Assembly: GCF_009914755.1 (NCBI RefSeq)
Contig: NC_060936.1
DNA: 64,000 bases
DNA from: the human T2T-CHM13v2.0 reference genome, Homo sapiens
Direction: 5' to 3' (one strand)
Shown here: one piece after another, positions 28,581-43,548 of the stretch
How the letters are laid out: every line of letters begins with the position of its first letter
Numbering within the stretch: position 1 is the stretch's first letter
The notes under the pieces: model-generated
Databases searched by the model: none
The model's input: the letters and a program-made list of their open reading frames with translations, nothing else
Told to the model about the DNA's origin: nothing
Made by a program: the position numbers and the translations under genes

Positions 28581-30092
28581 AGAGAGTGGTGGTCCTGGAG
28601 TGAGGGTGAGGGGGTGGCATCCTGATGCCCACAGGGTCCTGCCCCTGCAGTAGTACTGGTCTCCAGGCCCCCCACGTGCCATGGCCCAGGAATGGCTAAC
28701 CAATGCCTAATCCATTCTGAGGCCTTGGGACCAGAAGGCTTCCTTACTGTCCAACATTTGTTCCTCTTTCATTTAGGAGAGTTAGGCACCAGCAAAGGGT
28801 TTGAGTTTTAAGTCGAAATTAAATTAGAAATTAGAAATTAGAAGGGAAGGTAGAACCAATGGCTTTTTCTCCGTAGGCAATGACTTGAGAGCAGCTGAAG
28901 TTTTTCCTTCTTGTCCCCTGGGGGACCATCTTTACCAAGATGGCACAGAGCCTGTAGAATAAAGCAAGTGAGTCATGCAGGAGGGCACGAAGTAGAAGGA
29001 GGCATTGCCCAGGGTCATGCAGGCCCAGTGCCAGCACATGAGAACGGAACTCCCATATATTTGTGCCCCAGCTGCCTAACCTGCCCCTCCTGATTACCCC
29101 GGCCCTGGGGAGGGCACTGTGGTTTAAGGGAAACAGTGGGAAAGCTCTTTCCTTAATTATCTCTTCTCATATTACCAACTGGAGATTAATTGAATGTGCT
29201 TTAGTTTAATCTGATATTTCCTTTCCCCCTTTATATTTAGTTGACTTCAGTCACTTTAAGGAATAGGAGGAGGATGTGGTGAGGAGGGAAAGGAATGCTT
29301 CTGGGCTGAACAATTCTATTGTTGGTGATAGGAGAGGGCGGGGAATGATTGATTCTGGGCCTTTGCACAACTGAGGGACAACGTGAGAGACTTCTGTATA
29401 CCTAAGATGCAGGCGAGGGGGACCTGGGGGATAGAAAGGAGATAAAAGAGGGTCAATCCTGGTCACAAAGACCAGAAAAAAAAACAGCTCCTCTCCACCT
29501 AAGTACCCTTGTCGTTTTTAAGTGTTGTAAGGGCCCTCATACCACTTTATCTTTCCTTCCTTGGAATCCAAAAGTGATAGATATCACTCACCTTGTTAAT
29601 TAATCCCAGGGTTCTGCCCAGTGCAGATCTAAAAGCAGTCTCCTGAGGCCATCTGAGGAATTGTCCATCTTTGTACATTAGAAACCACAGGAACCCTTAC
29701 AGGAACGTCTACAGCATCTGGAAAATAATTCTCAAGGCATAAGTTTATATTGCAGTTTCTTTGGGATGAGGCCTGCTGCTATTTTGGTTTGTGTTAGCCC
29801 CAGTTCTGCCTAAGAACTGAGTCAGTCATGTGTCCATGGAAAGAAATCCCCATTGAAAATAGGTACTGACTGTAGCCAGGATTGCATAATAGGTCCTCTT
29901 TAAGAATTTCCTCAGAACCTTTCCAAAAAGATTAGCCAGATGCTTCCCAGAAGAACTTTCCTCTTCCTGACGAGCAGTATTATTTTTGAGAGTGGTAGAT
30001 GACTCTTCTAAGCCTTGCTTCCTCCCTGCCTGCAGTCCCAAAAACACCTGAGTCAAGTAACTATGATAACTTGACATAATTAATTAATTGAG

Positions 30093-30470
30093 TGCTGTGG
30101 TTTGAATGTTTGTGTATCTCCCCCATTCCCCCCGAATTCAAATGTTGAAACCTAATCACCGTTAGGAGCTGTGACCTTTGGGTGGTGATTAGGTCATGGG
30201 GAGTCATGAAAGTAGGGCCATCATAAATGGGATTAGTGCCTTCATAAAAGGCCCTGGAGAGCTGTCTTGCCCCCTCCGCCATGGGAGGACACAGCTAGAA
30301 GGCACCATCACTATCAGCGAACCAGAAAGCAGGCTCTCACCCGACGCTGAGTCTGACGGTGACTTGACCTTGGACTTTCCAGCTTCCAGAAAAGTGAGAA
30401 GAAAATTTGTGTTGTTCATAAGCCACCCAGTTTATGGTATTTATTATATTAGCCCAAATGGACTAACACA
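30093..30470 (+). mobile_element. MaLR solo LTR, MSTD/MLT1A-like
   Basis: TG...CA termini: tgctgtggtttgaatgtttgtg...taagccacccagtttatggtattt...gactaacaca. Confidence 0.85.
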
Positions 30471-30647
30471 GTGACTCATGAACTTCAGTTTAAATCTAGT
30501 GTCTTTAAAGCTTTGTTATTTTATGCGTATCATATCTGTGATATATGTATAACATATAATAACATATCCATGGCATATAGTAGGCCTGTAGTGAATGTTT
30601 TTTGAAACAATTAGGTACAATGTGTATTGTTTTTCTTTATCTTATTA

Positions 30648-30890
30648 GGCAGTAGAGTATATTAGTTAAAGTTCTGGTTCCAGAATGCCTGAATTGAAGT
30701 CTCGGCTTTTCCTCTAATGAAGTGTGTGATCTTGGGCAAGTTTTATAACTGCTCTGTGCTGAGTTCCTCTTCTGAAAAGCAGAAACAATAATACCTACCT
30801 TACAAGATTATTATGAGACTTAAATAAATTGACACATTCAAAGCACTTAGAACATCTCCCGGCATATATAGTAAGAATTTAACAGATATA
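30648..30890 (+). mobile_element. MIR
   Basis: tgtgtgatcttgggcaagttttataactgctctgtgctgagttcctc...aagcacttagaaca. Confidence 0.8.
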
Positions 30891-31247
30891 ACAAAAGCTC
30901 TCAGGCATTTAGTATTTAAAAAGTGAGAAAACCAAATCTCCTCTTTTTCCTCAAATAGCAGTGTAACTGGCAATGAATATTTGAGTATTGATTGTGTGAA
31001 CTGTCATTATTTAGCCTTTTTTCAGTGGCTATAAACAGCTTCCTGTGTTTCTGAAAAAGGAGGAATAGACATCATCTCCTCATCCAGTCTCATACCAGTG
31101 TATCACTCATGACACCTAAACATAACTATATCCATATATTATTTATATCATTGTTAATTATGTGAGTTGAATTTTTAAAATATGTGGGCCTATGATTAGT
31201 ATCCAGATTTGTTTTTTCTGGGCGTGATGTTCCTTCCATGTGAGGCC

Positions 31248-31547
31248 TTTTTTCTTTTTTTTTTTTTTTTGAGATAGGGTCTCACTCTGTTGCCCAGGCT
31301 AGAGTGCAGTGGTATGAACATAGGTCACTGGAGCCTTGAACTCCTGGGCTCCATCAGTCCTCCTGTCTCAGCCTTCCATGTAGTTGGGACCACAGGCCAC
31401 CATGCCCACGTAATTTTTAAATTTTTTTGTAAAGACGGAGTCTCACTTTGTTGCCCAGGCTGGTCTCGAACTGCTGGGCTGAAGCAATCCTTCTGCCTCA
31501 TCCTCCCAAAATGCTGGGACTACAGGCATGAGCCACTGCACCTGGCC
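31248..31547 (-). mobile_element. AluJ
   Basis: Poly-T plus antisense Alu with J diagnostics. Confidence 0.92.
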
Positions 31548-33451
31548 TCACGTGAGTTTTAAGAGCTGTGCCAGTTTGCTCTGTCTTCTTGCTCTGTTCC
31601 TACATTCAAATTTATAGAATCAAAATAAAGGAGAGTATATCTCCCGGAGCTAAAAACTGATCAGGTTTTCATGTAATCAGCAGCATGTTTTCCACAGGAT
31701 CCTTTGTTATTGGCAGTCCTGTCCAATAACAATAAAAAGGCCTGTATTCTCGCTGTGTGGTGTGTCTGCAAGACTGCCTTGCCAGCTCTTTCTCATTTCT
31801 AGTAATTCAAGTCTAGTAATCCAGTAAAACCATAAGAAAATGTGGCTTCTCTAGTGATAGCCACCTGGTGGGACAGTACTTTAAAATTCATAAGACACTT
31901 TTAAGTAGTGAGTATATTTTAATTGCTTATAGCAAACCCATAGAGATATCCTTATAGATGAAGAAATGAGCCTCCATGAGCTTAAGGGAGTTCAGGATTA
32001 TATGGTGCTGTGAACTCAAGTCCGCTGATTCTTTAAATCCTGTGTCCTTCTAGTTTTACTATTTTCCATCAAATTCACTCAGGCCTGGTAAAATCATAGT
32101 AATAACACCTGGAGTAGTAGCCAGGCCTCTTCATTAGAAATCATAATCATGGAGTTATAATTCCAATAATATCGTACAACTTGTTTGCTGTTGAAAACTT
32201 CACTTTTTTTTTTAATAATAAAAGGACCAAGTTTACTTTTACCTATATTGTTTATTCAAACTGGTTATATATCATAAGCATTTTCTAACTAGCTTTAAAT
32301 TTTTAAAGATGTTTTTCTAATATATGTATACTTTGTTATTAAGTTTCATGTTGATAAAAAAATCCTTTTTCCTTTAATGTGGCTATTGTTGAATAGGTCT
32401 AAATTAAGACTCTGAAATTCTTCGTAGTGTAATTACCAGTTTTTATTCTATACTTGGCAGGTAGGTGAGTGGTCCTGGGAAGAATGAAATAGTTCTATTT
32501 TGTAACCATTATTTTTCTAAACCCCATCTGAGTAAATGGCACATTTTTATATTTTGTGGACAAAACTCAGACCTGTGGTATTGGTTTGAGGAATATGAGA
32601 GTGTGGACCTTTGTTGCTTTGTGAAATTGTGTTCTTGTGCCCTGCCTGAGCTGCCAGTGCCTTTGTACAGCAGGTATAGGCACAGCCAGCTGGTGCCTTG
32701 TGCCCGGTGACTTGCCAAGTGGGTGCTCACTCACTACAGCAGCAAACTTCAGCAAATGTGTTTTAACTAATAACGTTCATACTAGCGATGAAAACATATG
32801 TATGTGTTTCCTATGCCCATGGCAGACATAATTAGTTGATCATGGTATGTGTTCATGCTGAGCCTGATCATCCTTTTAAGCATCACATTCTTGGCATCTA
32901 CAGTCAGACACTCAAGCTTAGTAGGCAAGATAAAACGTATGTGCTATCCTTGGCTCTAAATGTGTCTGTGTTAACTTTCTCCCAATATGTTTTGGGAAAT
33001 AATAAATACGATAAATTATTGCGGTGTTTTATAGGAAGAACAGACACACAGCATTTTTCTGTATGTCTTGATTGGTTTGGACAGTTGCACTTAATACAGG
33101 TCATTTTCATTTTTAATAGCATGTAAAAGTCTCCATGTCAAATTTTTTTTCAGGTTGATTACTGATTCATAGTATGTATTTATTTGAAAATTATTTTTCA
33201 AATAGATATTTGAAATAAGAAACAAATTTTGACAATACTCATAGTTTGCCATGATGAAATTAGATCTTTTTATATAATTAGCAGAAACTTTGAAGTTTTC
33301 ATTAAATTCTAATCATAGAACAAAAATGCTAATCCTTTGAGAATTGAATTTAAAACTCTGTGATATGGCTGTAATTGTGGAAATAAAAACTTGTTAAGAT
33401 TAGGATTATAGCTTTTGTTTATTTGGTCCTTTTTCCTTTGAGACCTTACTA

Positions 33452-33793
<342 letters not shown>

Positions 33794-35829
33794 TCCATAT
33801 ATGGTCAAAAGGTATTTTAGGCTCTCTACTGATCCCTTGGTAAAAGATGCTGCACCTACTGCAAGATTATTGAGGAGCACTTTGTCATGGAGATCAGGGT
33901 TGGAATGTTTGAGCCAAAGACCACAAAAAACTGACAGTAATCAATTATCGTTCCTGCCTGCTGCTTAGCGTTTACGTTTCTAGAAAATGCTCTCTTCAGT
34001 TTTCTCCTCTGAAATCTGAGACACAGAGCCGAGAAATAGAAAATAGTTTATGTCAAAATATTTTTCCGTTGATAGGCCACCTGACAAGCAAAGAGATTGA
34101 GGTGAAATCTAATCCAAATTAATGTGTGAGGCCGTGGAAAACTGCTTATGTTTTGTGTACGTCTTTAAAGTTAAGTAAGATTATACTTGAAGTTACTTAT
34201 CTCAGTTTGCAAAGAAACAGAAATTATACCTACTTATTTTTATAGTGATGTTGTTAGAATAAGAAAACAATACCTAAAGTTAGCGGACCTATTGTGTTGT
34301 AAGAAATGCTGATTTGGATGTGCTTTGGAAAAATAAACGAAATTAAAGAAAATAACTCATTAGCAATGTTTTTTTTCAGGTTTGCTTTGCCTGTTCAGTG
34401 GTACAATTTCTCTTTTTTCTTTATGATAAGAATAAAGCTGTGCATACTTTAAGAACACAAGGCGGCACTTCTCTATAACTCTGTGATCACATGATCACAG
34501 ACCCCACTAACTAACTAATGGTTACTTTCAAGTGCTTGTGGCCAGTTGGAGTTTATAATTTGTTACCAAATCACTAATTATCTTTATTTTTAACCTGTAT
34601 TTTGCCTGTCGAGCAGTCATAATCTCTAATATTGGAGACTCAGAACCTTCAACTATAAAGAGTTTGTTTAACTAGAGGCAGGAAGAGCTGATTTTCCCTT
34701 GAAATGCATGGAAAATTCATTCATTTTTGTTTGTTTTAAACTTTTAAAAATCTGGAGTTATTAAGGGCTGTTTTTGGGGTTTTTTTTTTTTTTATTTGTT
34801 TGTTTGGTTGGTTTTTGTTTTGCTTCTGGATTATATAAAATGAATCTCCCTGGTTTTAAAGTCTAATAACCAGTGCTTTTGCTTTGCTGTTTTTGCTTTG
34901 GTTATAGTGGTCCTTTAAATAAAGAGTTAGCTTCTCCTTTGGCCTGAGATTTTAAGATCTTCCCAATAATCTTTAACTGTAGCCCTCATGTCCAGATGTT
35001 TTCTTGCCGTGTTACCTTAATATGCACATTTTTGCTGCCTGTTCTGGAAGTTCACAATTTGGAACCTGGGGTACAGGAAGGGGAGTGATCTTTTTGTTGA
35101 TATTGTTATCTACATGTAAGAATCTGTGCGAAAGAGCTTTATAAATTGCAGATTTTATATTGAGTGGGCAAACTGTTTTTAGGTAATTCTAACTATAAAA
35201 TATAAAATTTCTAAAAATCAACAGACTTCCTTCAGAGTTTAAGTTGCTTATAAAATTAGTTTGTTGGCAGTTATCCACGTCAGTCCATTTCATAAGGTGT
35301 GAAAATATTTTCTTCTTCCTCTTTTTCTTGCCTAATGTTACTTGATTTTCATCTATCCTGTTGAATAGATGTTTATTTTTGTGATTTTCTACTCACATTA
35401 ACAAAACAGGATAGATAATGAAAATATCATCTGAAGTTCATTCATTAGTTGAGATCTTTTTCTTTTCATTTCTAGTGGTTTGTAAAATTGACCTAATTCT
35501 TTCATTTATCTGCTGTGTACAAACTAGACAAGTATTTTTTTCCACAAATTTATTTGCTTCATGTTTTTAGTACTTTCCACTGGAATTTTTTTTCCTATGT
35601 GTGAATAATATTAAATGAGGAAACATTCTTACTTGGTTTTCTTTGATTTTTCATATGGGAATAAAAAGCTATTTAGCCATAAGTAAATGAAATATTTTTT
35701 TAAAAAAATTTTTGGTTGCTTTTGTCTTTATATCAATATTGTTAATTATAAGTAGGAATATTTATCCTAAGTTACACAAAGAAGAATTAGAAAACAGTGC
35801 TTTCTGTTGCACATTCATTTGCTGGAATT

Positions 35830-36510
35830 GGATATCAATCTTTGTCCAATCAGGAGAGAGAAACTGCATGATAATTTGAATAGGGAAAGTTTAATGTAAA
35901 AGCCTATAAATATAACCAGGGATTGGAAGTTAGAGATTGATAAGTAAGAGGTGAAGAGACTCTCAAGAATGTAAGACTAGCAGATGTAATATTATATAAT
36001 ATGAACTTAAGAGCTACTACTACTAAGGCTGAGATAGAATGCCCAAAGAAGAGGCCCCCTGGGACTGTGATCCATATCATGTTGGAGAGGGCCTGGCTCA
36101 GGCTCACTGGAAAGCAGAGAAGTCACCTTGTTGATGGAACTTACCAGTAATCCACTTTACTAGGGAGGTGTCTTGCCAGGGGCAGTCTACCAAAAACGCA
36201 CCCAAGGTGAGTGTTGAGGGAACCTGCTGGTTGCTGCTGGCTCTTGTACACTGTAGGAGCTGGTCACAGGAGAAGCTGCATTTGCTGCAGGACCTGCAGA
36301 CTGGGGAAGCCCCCATGCCACAGGAGGACCCCAGAAAGCAAAAGCCGCTCCTCTTGCCCTTTCCTGTGTCTCACTAGTGCCCTCTCTTGGCAAAACTTCA
36401 CATGGAGTGACTATCTAGGAAAAAGTATTTTAAGGGTCCAGATCCATTTTCATAAAACAAGCAAAAAGGTTGAAGTTGGAACAGAGGCAATCATTAACAG
36501 CCCACACAAC
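35830..36510. mobile_element. Ancient ERV LTR, LTR78-like (family uncertain)
   Basis: gtccaatcaggagagagaaac...aatttgaatagggaaagtttaat...aggctgagatagaatgcccaaagaagagg resembles an old eutherian LTR. Confidence 0.5.
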
Positions 36511-38136
36511 CCGAAAAGTCTTTCATGGTGAAAAACCCTTTCCCTTTCCCATTGGCTATGATAGTTTGTGAGATCACGTGATTTCATTTCTACTGAAATG
36601 TCTGTAAGAGTTATATGGATTGTTAGACATACTGATTTATTAACTTTTGTTAACATTTATTAATATTTTTCATTGGAGGATATCTGTATTCTTGAGAGAA
36701 TCTTTGAGAATTTCTGTGTCACTATAAACACCAGTTTTTGTTTACTTTTTTTAAAGGATTGCTTCATTTAATCATGTTTCTTAGCTATATCCATTAGAAT
36801 ATAAATTTAAATGCTATGCAAGTCATTTAAATTTGTGTAGCAAATTTAGCAAATTTGGAGCTGCCTATGAAGATTTTATTCTTAAACTATTTTTGAAATA
36901 GCTCTAGAACCTTTTTTTAATAAATCAATTTTTTAAATTTAAAAATTCTTTACATTATATAACTAGACTAAAATTTTCTAACATGTCACTTTAACATTTT
37001 TTTATTGACAGATAAAATTTATGTACTAAAAAAACTAAACTAAAAATAGGAATTTTTATAAAACCAAATGTGGATCACAGCATTAGTAACCATAGAATGT
37101 GATTTTAATTTCTTAGAGGATGATAAAGTTGTCAGGAAACAACACTTACAACTTGGAATCACTGACCAGCAATTACATAGTTGCGAGAACCAGCAGAAAG
37201 GGGGTGTAGGTGACCCTGTGTTGTTCTTGTTGTACCCCATGCCACTCTCAGAGGAAAGAGGATGAATACTGGGTCAAACCAGGGATAATTACCTGCCCAC
37301 CACAGGAGTCATTACAATGAGGAAGTAAATTGGCAGATTTGATACGGCCCCAGACCCAATGTCTGATGTTGGCCTCTTGGCAATCAGATAAGTTATTTAG
37401 AATAACTGCTTCATGAGTTGCTTGAGTTGATGCATCCAAACTTGCCCAGTAAGCCTTTCTCAAGAGCTGGACTAAATTCTGGTAAATCTGGTCCTCCCAT
37501 GCATCATGGCTAAGTGAGATTATTGACTTCCACCTGGCTTGGTTCAGCCATAGTGGTGAAGTGGTGTGGTATGCTGTCTTTTAATCAAACAGACATTTAG
37601 AGGAGGTCTTTTGGGTCATAGGTGGCATGGGGATGGATTGCACAAAGGTGACTGAGTAGTTAGTTGGCTCAGGTTATTATGGAGTGATCGTAACTGTCCC
37701 TTGGAGAGTGTCTCTATTATGAGCAGTACAGAGTATACTCTATTGCGCTATATTCTTTCAAAATAATCTTAGTAATAGCAAAAGCATGTCACATGAGGTA
37801 AGTTTTGCTCATGAGTGAGTTTAGGAATGCTGTTTTTAAAGACCATATGACTATAAAAAATAATATAGAAGCAATTTCTAAAAGAGGAGTTCAAATATAT
37901 TTTGAGAAGGAGCAAAAAATAAATAAGTATATATTTCCCAAATCGCCTGCCTTAATAGGTACAGCACCCATCTGCACGCATGAAATTATATATTAAATAA
38001 AAATGTAGTCTCATTACATTACAGCCATTAAAATAACTGTGGTGCAACAAAATCTAAACTTTCTTATGGCTCCCAGAACAGACTAAATAACATAAATGTT
38101 CTTCAGGCACAGGCTTGTGTGGAAGTTCGGGCATAC

Positions 38137-38138
<2 letters not shown>

Positions 38139-38172
<34 letters not shown>

Positions 38173-38189
38173 TGTGTGTGTCTGTGTGT
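38139..38189. repeat. (TG)16 plus interrupted TG/TC microsatellite
   Basis: Read directly from the sequence. Confidence 0.95.
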
Positions 38190-38539
38190 ATAACTAAATT
38201 GACTTAAAAGAAATCTTGAAATTTAAAAGGATTCCTGGTTGTAGAAGATTTATCACTTTGCAGAAGGGTACCATGTTATTTTTAAAAATTATTACTATTT
38301 TTTATTATGTCATATTGTAGCCCCAGTAGGAGTTATTTTTCCTTTAAAGGAATGTTTGGATTAGGCAAAAACATGGATTTTAATGCTGTATTTTAAACTG
38401 TGACTTAGATAATTCTCTTATAAGGGGGAATTAATTTTTCTGGATATTGATTGGTTGATAATTATTTTTAAACTATGTGTCTCTGAGGTACCTCAGAGCT
38501 ACAGCTTAAAATTTGCAGCTTTATGGCATTTGTCTAGGA

Positions 38540-39004
38540 TGTAACAGGAAGAAAATGAATGTGTTAAGGATCACATTTGGTATATATCTCAAGTAAATTC
38601 TTGTCACCTTTTATGGCAAAATAGAGAATATTACTGTATATAGCAAAATAAATCAGTTAAAAATCTGGAGAAGAGGGACTTACCCTGAATTATCTTGGTG
38701 GGTCCTTACAGGAGAGTGGTAGAGGCACAGAAGATGATGAGGCTGTTGAACTGTGGAGGCATAGATTAGAGTGACGTGGTCACAAGCCAAGGAACACCTG
38801 AAGCCACCAACAGCTTGAAAAACAAGGAAAGCTTTCTCTCCTGCAACCATTGGAGGGACCCTGGCCCAGCTGGCACTTTGATTTCAGCCCAGTGAAAGTG
38901 ATTTTGAGCTTCTGACCCCCAGAACTATGAGAGGAAAATTTTTGTTGTTTTTATGCTCCCCCAGTTTGTGGTAATTTGCTACTGCATCTCCAGGAAACTA
39001 CTGC
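38540..39004 (+). mobile_element. MaLR LTR, MLT1C/D-like
   Basis: cacaagccaaggaacacctgaagccacca...ttctgacccccagaactatgagag...gtttgtggtaatttgctac. Confidence 0.8.
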
Positions 39005-39877
39005 ACTTTGTACTGAAACAAATGTAAAAATAGATTGTAAATATAAAATAAACCAACCATAAGAGAAAACACTTTACAAAGAGATTGAAACTTTTTTTTT
39101 AAAAGAATATTGTTTTCAGTGCGGGTGAGGAGGTAATGAGACATGAGCTGAGCTATCTGCTGTGAAAGTGAAAACTAAATTGCCAATATGGAACAAAATT
39201 ATGCAGCCGTTGGAAATTATATTTAAACAATATTTAAGGTTAAAAAAAAGACTACCATTTAATACACAGACTTAAAAATTTACTTACATTGTGAACCAAA
39301 TTTTAAGTATCTATTTCTAGGGAAAAAAGTGAAATAAAAAAATACAGTCTGTGAAGTTAATTTTCCTTTGTTTAAACCTTGCTTTTCCACTTAGCTGTGT
39401 GACCTGAGAAAATTTCTGAAGCTTTTGGGGCCTATGTTCTCATCTATAAGATGAGGAAAGTAAAACAACATGTGTATCTTACGAAGGACTAAATATATTA
39501 ATATTTTCTAAGCACTCAGGGCAATGTCTAGCACTTTGTAAAGTTGCAGTATTTGTTTTTTGTTTATCATAACTATTGGAATAAAATGTAAAAATCTAGG
39601 AGAATTCTTTACTCCAATTACTTCGAAAATCTTTTCCTTCTTTCTATACCTAAAATATAGAAACTGGAGCTCCCCTTTGAAAATGGCAGCTTGAGAAGTT
39701 GCACAGACCTGCTCCACAGCAAAACAAACATAATTGGTAAAAACTATTTTCAAAAAAAAAATAATAAAATTACTGGAAATTGTCCTACAGACACTCAACA
39801 AATGAAGAAACATATATTTAAGAAAATCTAAAACTTGGTCAGAACAGCAAGTCCTGCACTTGAGCTATGACCCACTC

Positions 39878-39988
39878 TGCTATGGTTTGAATGTTTGTCC
39901 CCTGCAAAACTCACATGGAAATTTAGTTGCCATTGCAACAGTATTAAGAGGTGAGACCTTTATGAGGTGATCAGGTCTTAAGGGCTCT
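39878..39988 (+). mobile_element. MST LTR 5' fragment inside the L1 5'UTR
   Basis: tgctatggtttgaatgtttgtcccctgcaaaactcacatggaaatt...gaggtgatcaggtc. Confidence 0.75.
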
Positions 39989-41242
39989 ACAGATCCCAAT
40001 GAGGGGAAACCATATTTCACTGGGAGAGCAAACTGCTAGCATTTATCATCCCCTCCAGCTTTAAGTTACAGAGGCTAAACTCCTGGTGAGTGTGCCAATG
40101 TGGTCAGAGGTTCTCTTCCTCCACCCAGCCCCTACGCATAGGGCAGAGTTTCTACCCCAGGTGTGGCAAGCCTAGAATACTGGGGCTCTAATTGCCCTCA
40201 CCCCACCTTGCTTGTAAGGTGCAGGTCTGTGCAGCTTCTCAAGCTGCCATTACCTTGCTTGTAAGGGAGAGAAGTTCAACACTGAGAAAGGCAAGCCAAG
40301 AATACCAAAGACTGCTCCCCCTACCCAGCCCCCAGAGCAGTGGCTGAGAGATTTTGCCCACTGAGAGAAGCAGTCTGTAAGAACAGAGAACTCCAAAAAC
40401 CCTCCCCAAAGGAATTGATTTTATTTGAAGCACAGTGTGGGGAACTTCAAGCCTAAGGATGCTTTCAGAAACGAGAGGCTTTGGTGGTAAGCAAATAAGA
40501 GCCCACTGCTAGCTTCTTTTAAGAGCAGTAGGCTAAACATAGGCCAACTAATTCACAAAAGAGAATCAGAGAAGGAGCTAAGAAGAGCGCTCCCTCTTGA
40601 GGGGTCAGATCAAACCTCAAAGACTGGCCAAAGAACCCCACCCCCTAGTTTATTTGGATGAGACTGTGAAACAATTTATACTCTAGAACATTGTTGAAAA
40701 CAATAGAGCAATCAGCTGGGAATTGGTTGAGCTACAAAGCTGAGCGGGATACCAGATGAGGCAAAAGAGAGATAAGGGAAAGAGACAGAGTCCTGCTAAC
40801 ATGACACTGTCATTGCTGGTAACTGTGTGCATGCCCAGTGCTGACCCTCCGAGGAGTAGCACCAAAGGCTTCACGCTGCAGGAGAAATAGACTTCCCAAA
40901 ATAGTCAAGTTACTCAACAAATAAAGCAACAAAGACAAGCCCAGAGAGGGAGGAGAGGTCTCAGTAAATTCAGTTGATTAAATACATTACCTAAAATGTC
41001 CAGGTTTGAGCAAAAATCTGACACATGCAAAGAAACAGGAAAGTGTGCCCCATACACAAGAAAAACAGTAAACAACAAATTATGAAAGGACCCAGATGTG
41101 AAATTTAACAGAAAAAACTTAAAGGTCAGAGGAAACCATCCTTGTAGAAGTAAAGGAAGATATGATACACTGCCTCATCAAATTGAGAATATTGGTAAAT
41201 AGATAGAAATTATAAAAAAATTATAAAAAAGAATCAAATTGA

Positions 41243-41611
<369 letters not shown>

Positions 41612-42726
41612 AGTAGATTTCAACTGGTAGAAGAAATAACTAATGAGCCTGAAGATAGATAGGTAAAGATTATGCAATTCAAAAGACAGAAAAAGGAATG
41701 AAGAAAAATGAACACAGCCCCAGAGAAAAATATGGACATCATTAAGGGCACTGACCTATGTAATGGGAGTACTACAAGGAGAGAGGGAAGAAAAAGGAAT
41801 AAAAAAATTAAAAGAAGTAGCTGAAAACTTCTGAGATTTGATAGAAAACATTATACACTCAAAAAGCTCAACAATTTCCAAGTAAGATAAACACAAAGAG
41901 ACACATCATAGTAAAAATGCTGAAAGATAAAGAGAAAATCTTAAAAAGCAGCAATAGAAAAGTGTTATTGCTTAAAAGGAAACATTAAGATTAATAGCTG
42001 ACTTCTCATCGGAAACAATGAAAATCAGAAGTCAGTGAGTGGGATCACTTTCAAAAAGCTGAAAAAGAATTTTTAACTAACAATTTTATGCAAAATGAAC
42101 ACATTTCCAGATCAACTGAACTTGAGAGAATTTGTTGTTAACAGATCCATCTTAACAAGAAATACTAAAGGAAGTTATTTGGGATAAAAGCAAGTAACTC
42201 CAGACGGTAATTTGAATCCGCATTAAAAACAAAAAAAACAAAAAACAAAAAAAAACAGGAAAGGTAATTAGTTAATTACAAAAGATAGTATAGATGTGTG
42301 TTTGTTCTTTTTTTATTCTAGTAACTGATTTTAAAAGAAATTATAAAAAAAGTATAGATTTGATTGTTGAGTTTTCAAAAGATGGAGATGTAATATATTT
42401 CATAACACCAACACAAAGGAGATGATAGGTGATGCAAAGATGTATTGGAATAAGGAAATTATACCACATGATAAATCCACAGGAAGAAATGAAGAGAACG
42501 AGGAATGGTAAATAAGATTAACATAGCAAATTCTGTCTATATGCTTGCCATTCTTACTTACCTCAGCTCATTTATTTGATAGTCAAATAATTCTACAAAG
42601 TAATAAGTGTAATGGCTTATTTTGGGGTTTGTAAGGTACATAGATATTGTCTTACATAGTATGTATCACAATAAAGACACAAAAACTGGGAAGAGGAAAT
42701 ACTTGTACTGGAATAACAATTCATTA

Positions 42727-42868
42727 TTTTCTTTTTTTAAATTTTGAATTGAGATGAGGTCTTGCTCTGTTGCCCAGGCTGGTCTTGAACTCCTGGCCTC
42801 AAGCAATCTTCCCACCCCAGCCTCCCCAAATGCTAGGATTACAGATATGAGCCACCACGCCCAGCCTG
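42727..42868 (-). mobile_element. FLAM_C-like monomer
   Basis: Single antisense monomer containing ctcctggcctcaagcaatc. Confidence 0.85.
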
Positions 42869-43240
42869 GAGTAACATTTCTGTATCTCATTGGAATAAAG
42901 ATCTCCTCACAAAGAAAAGTCTCCGTCCAAATGGCTTCACTGGTAAATTCTGCCAAACATTTTAGCAAGAGTTAATACCAATTCTTCATGAACTCTTCCA
43001 AAAGTAGGATAGAACATGTCTCAGCTCATTCTGCGAGGCCAGAATTACCCTGATACCAAGACCAGACAAAACTTTACAAGAAAACTACACAGCAATTTTT
43101 AAATAAATACAGATGCAAAAATTCTCAAAAAACACTTGCAAACTAAATTTAGCAGTGTATAAAAATGACTGTACACTGTAACCAAGTGAGATTTTTCCTA
43201 GGAATGCAAGGGTTGGTTAGACATATAAAAGGTCAATTTA

Positions 43241-43548
<308 letters not shown>

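Noticed and set aside
38481-38498. Perfect 18-bp palindrome ctctgaggtacctcagag
   Set aside because: Chance expectation is roughly 0.25 per 64 kb, and there is no supporting context.
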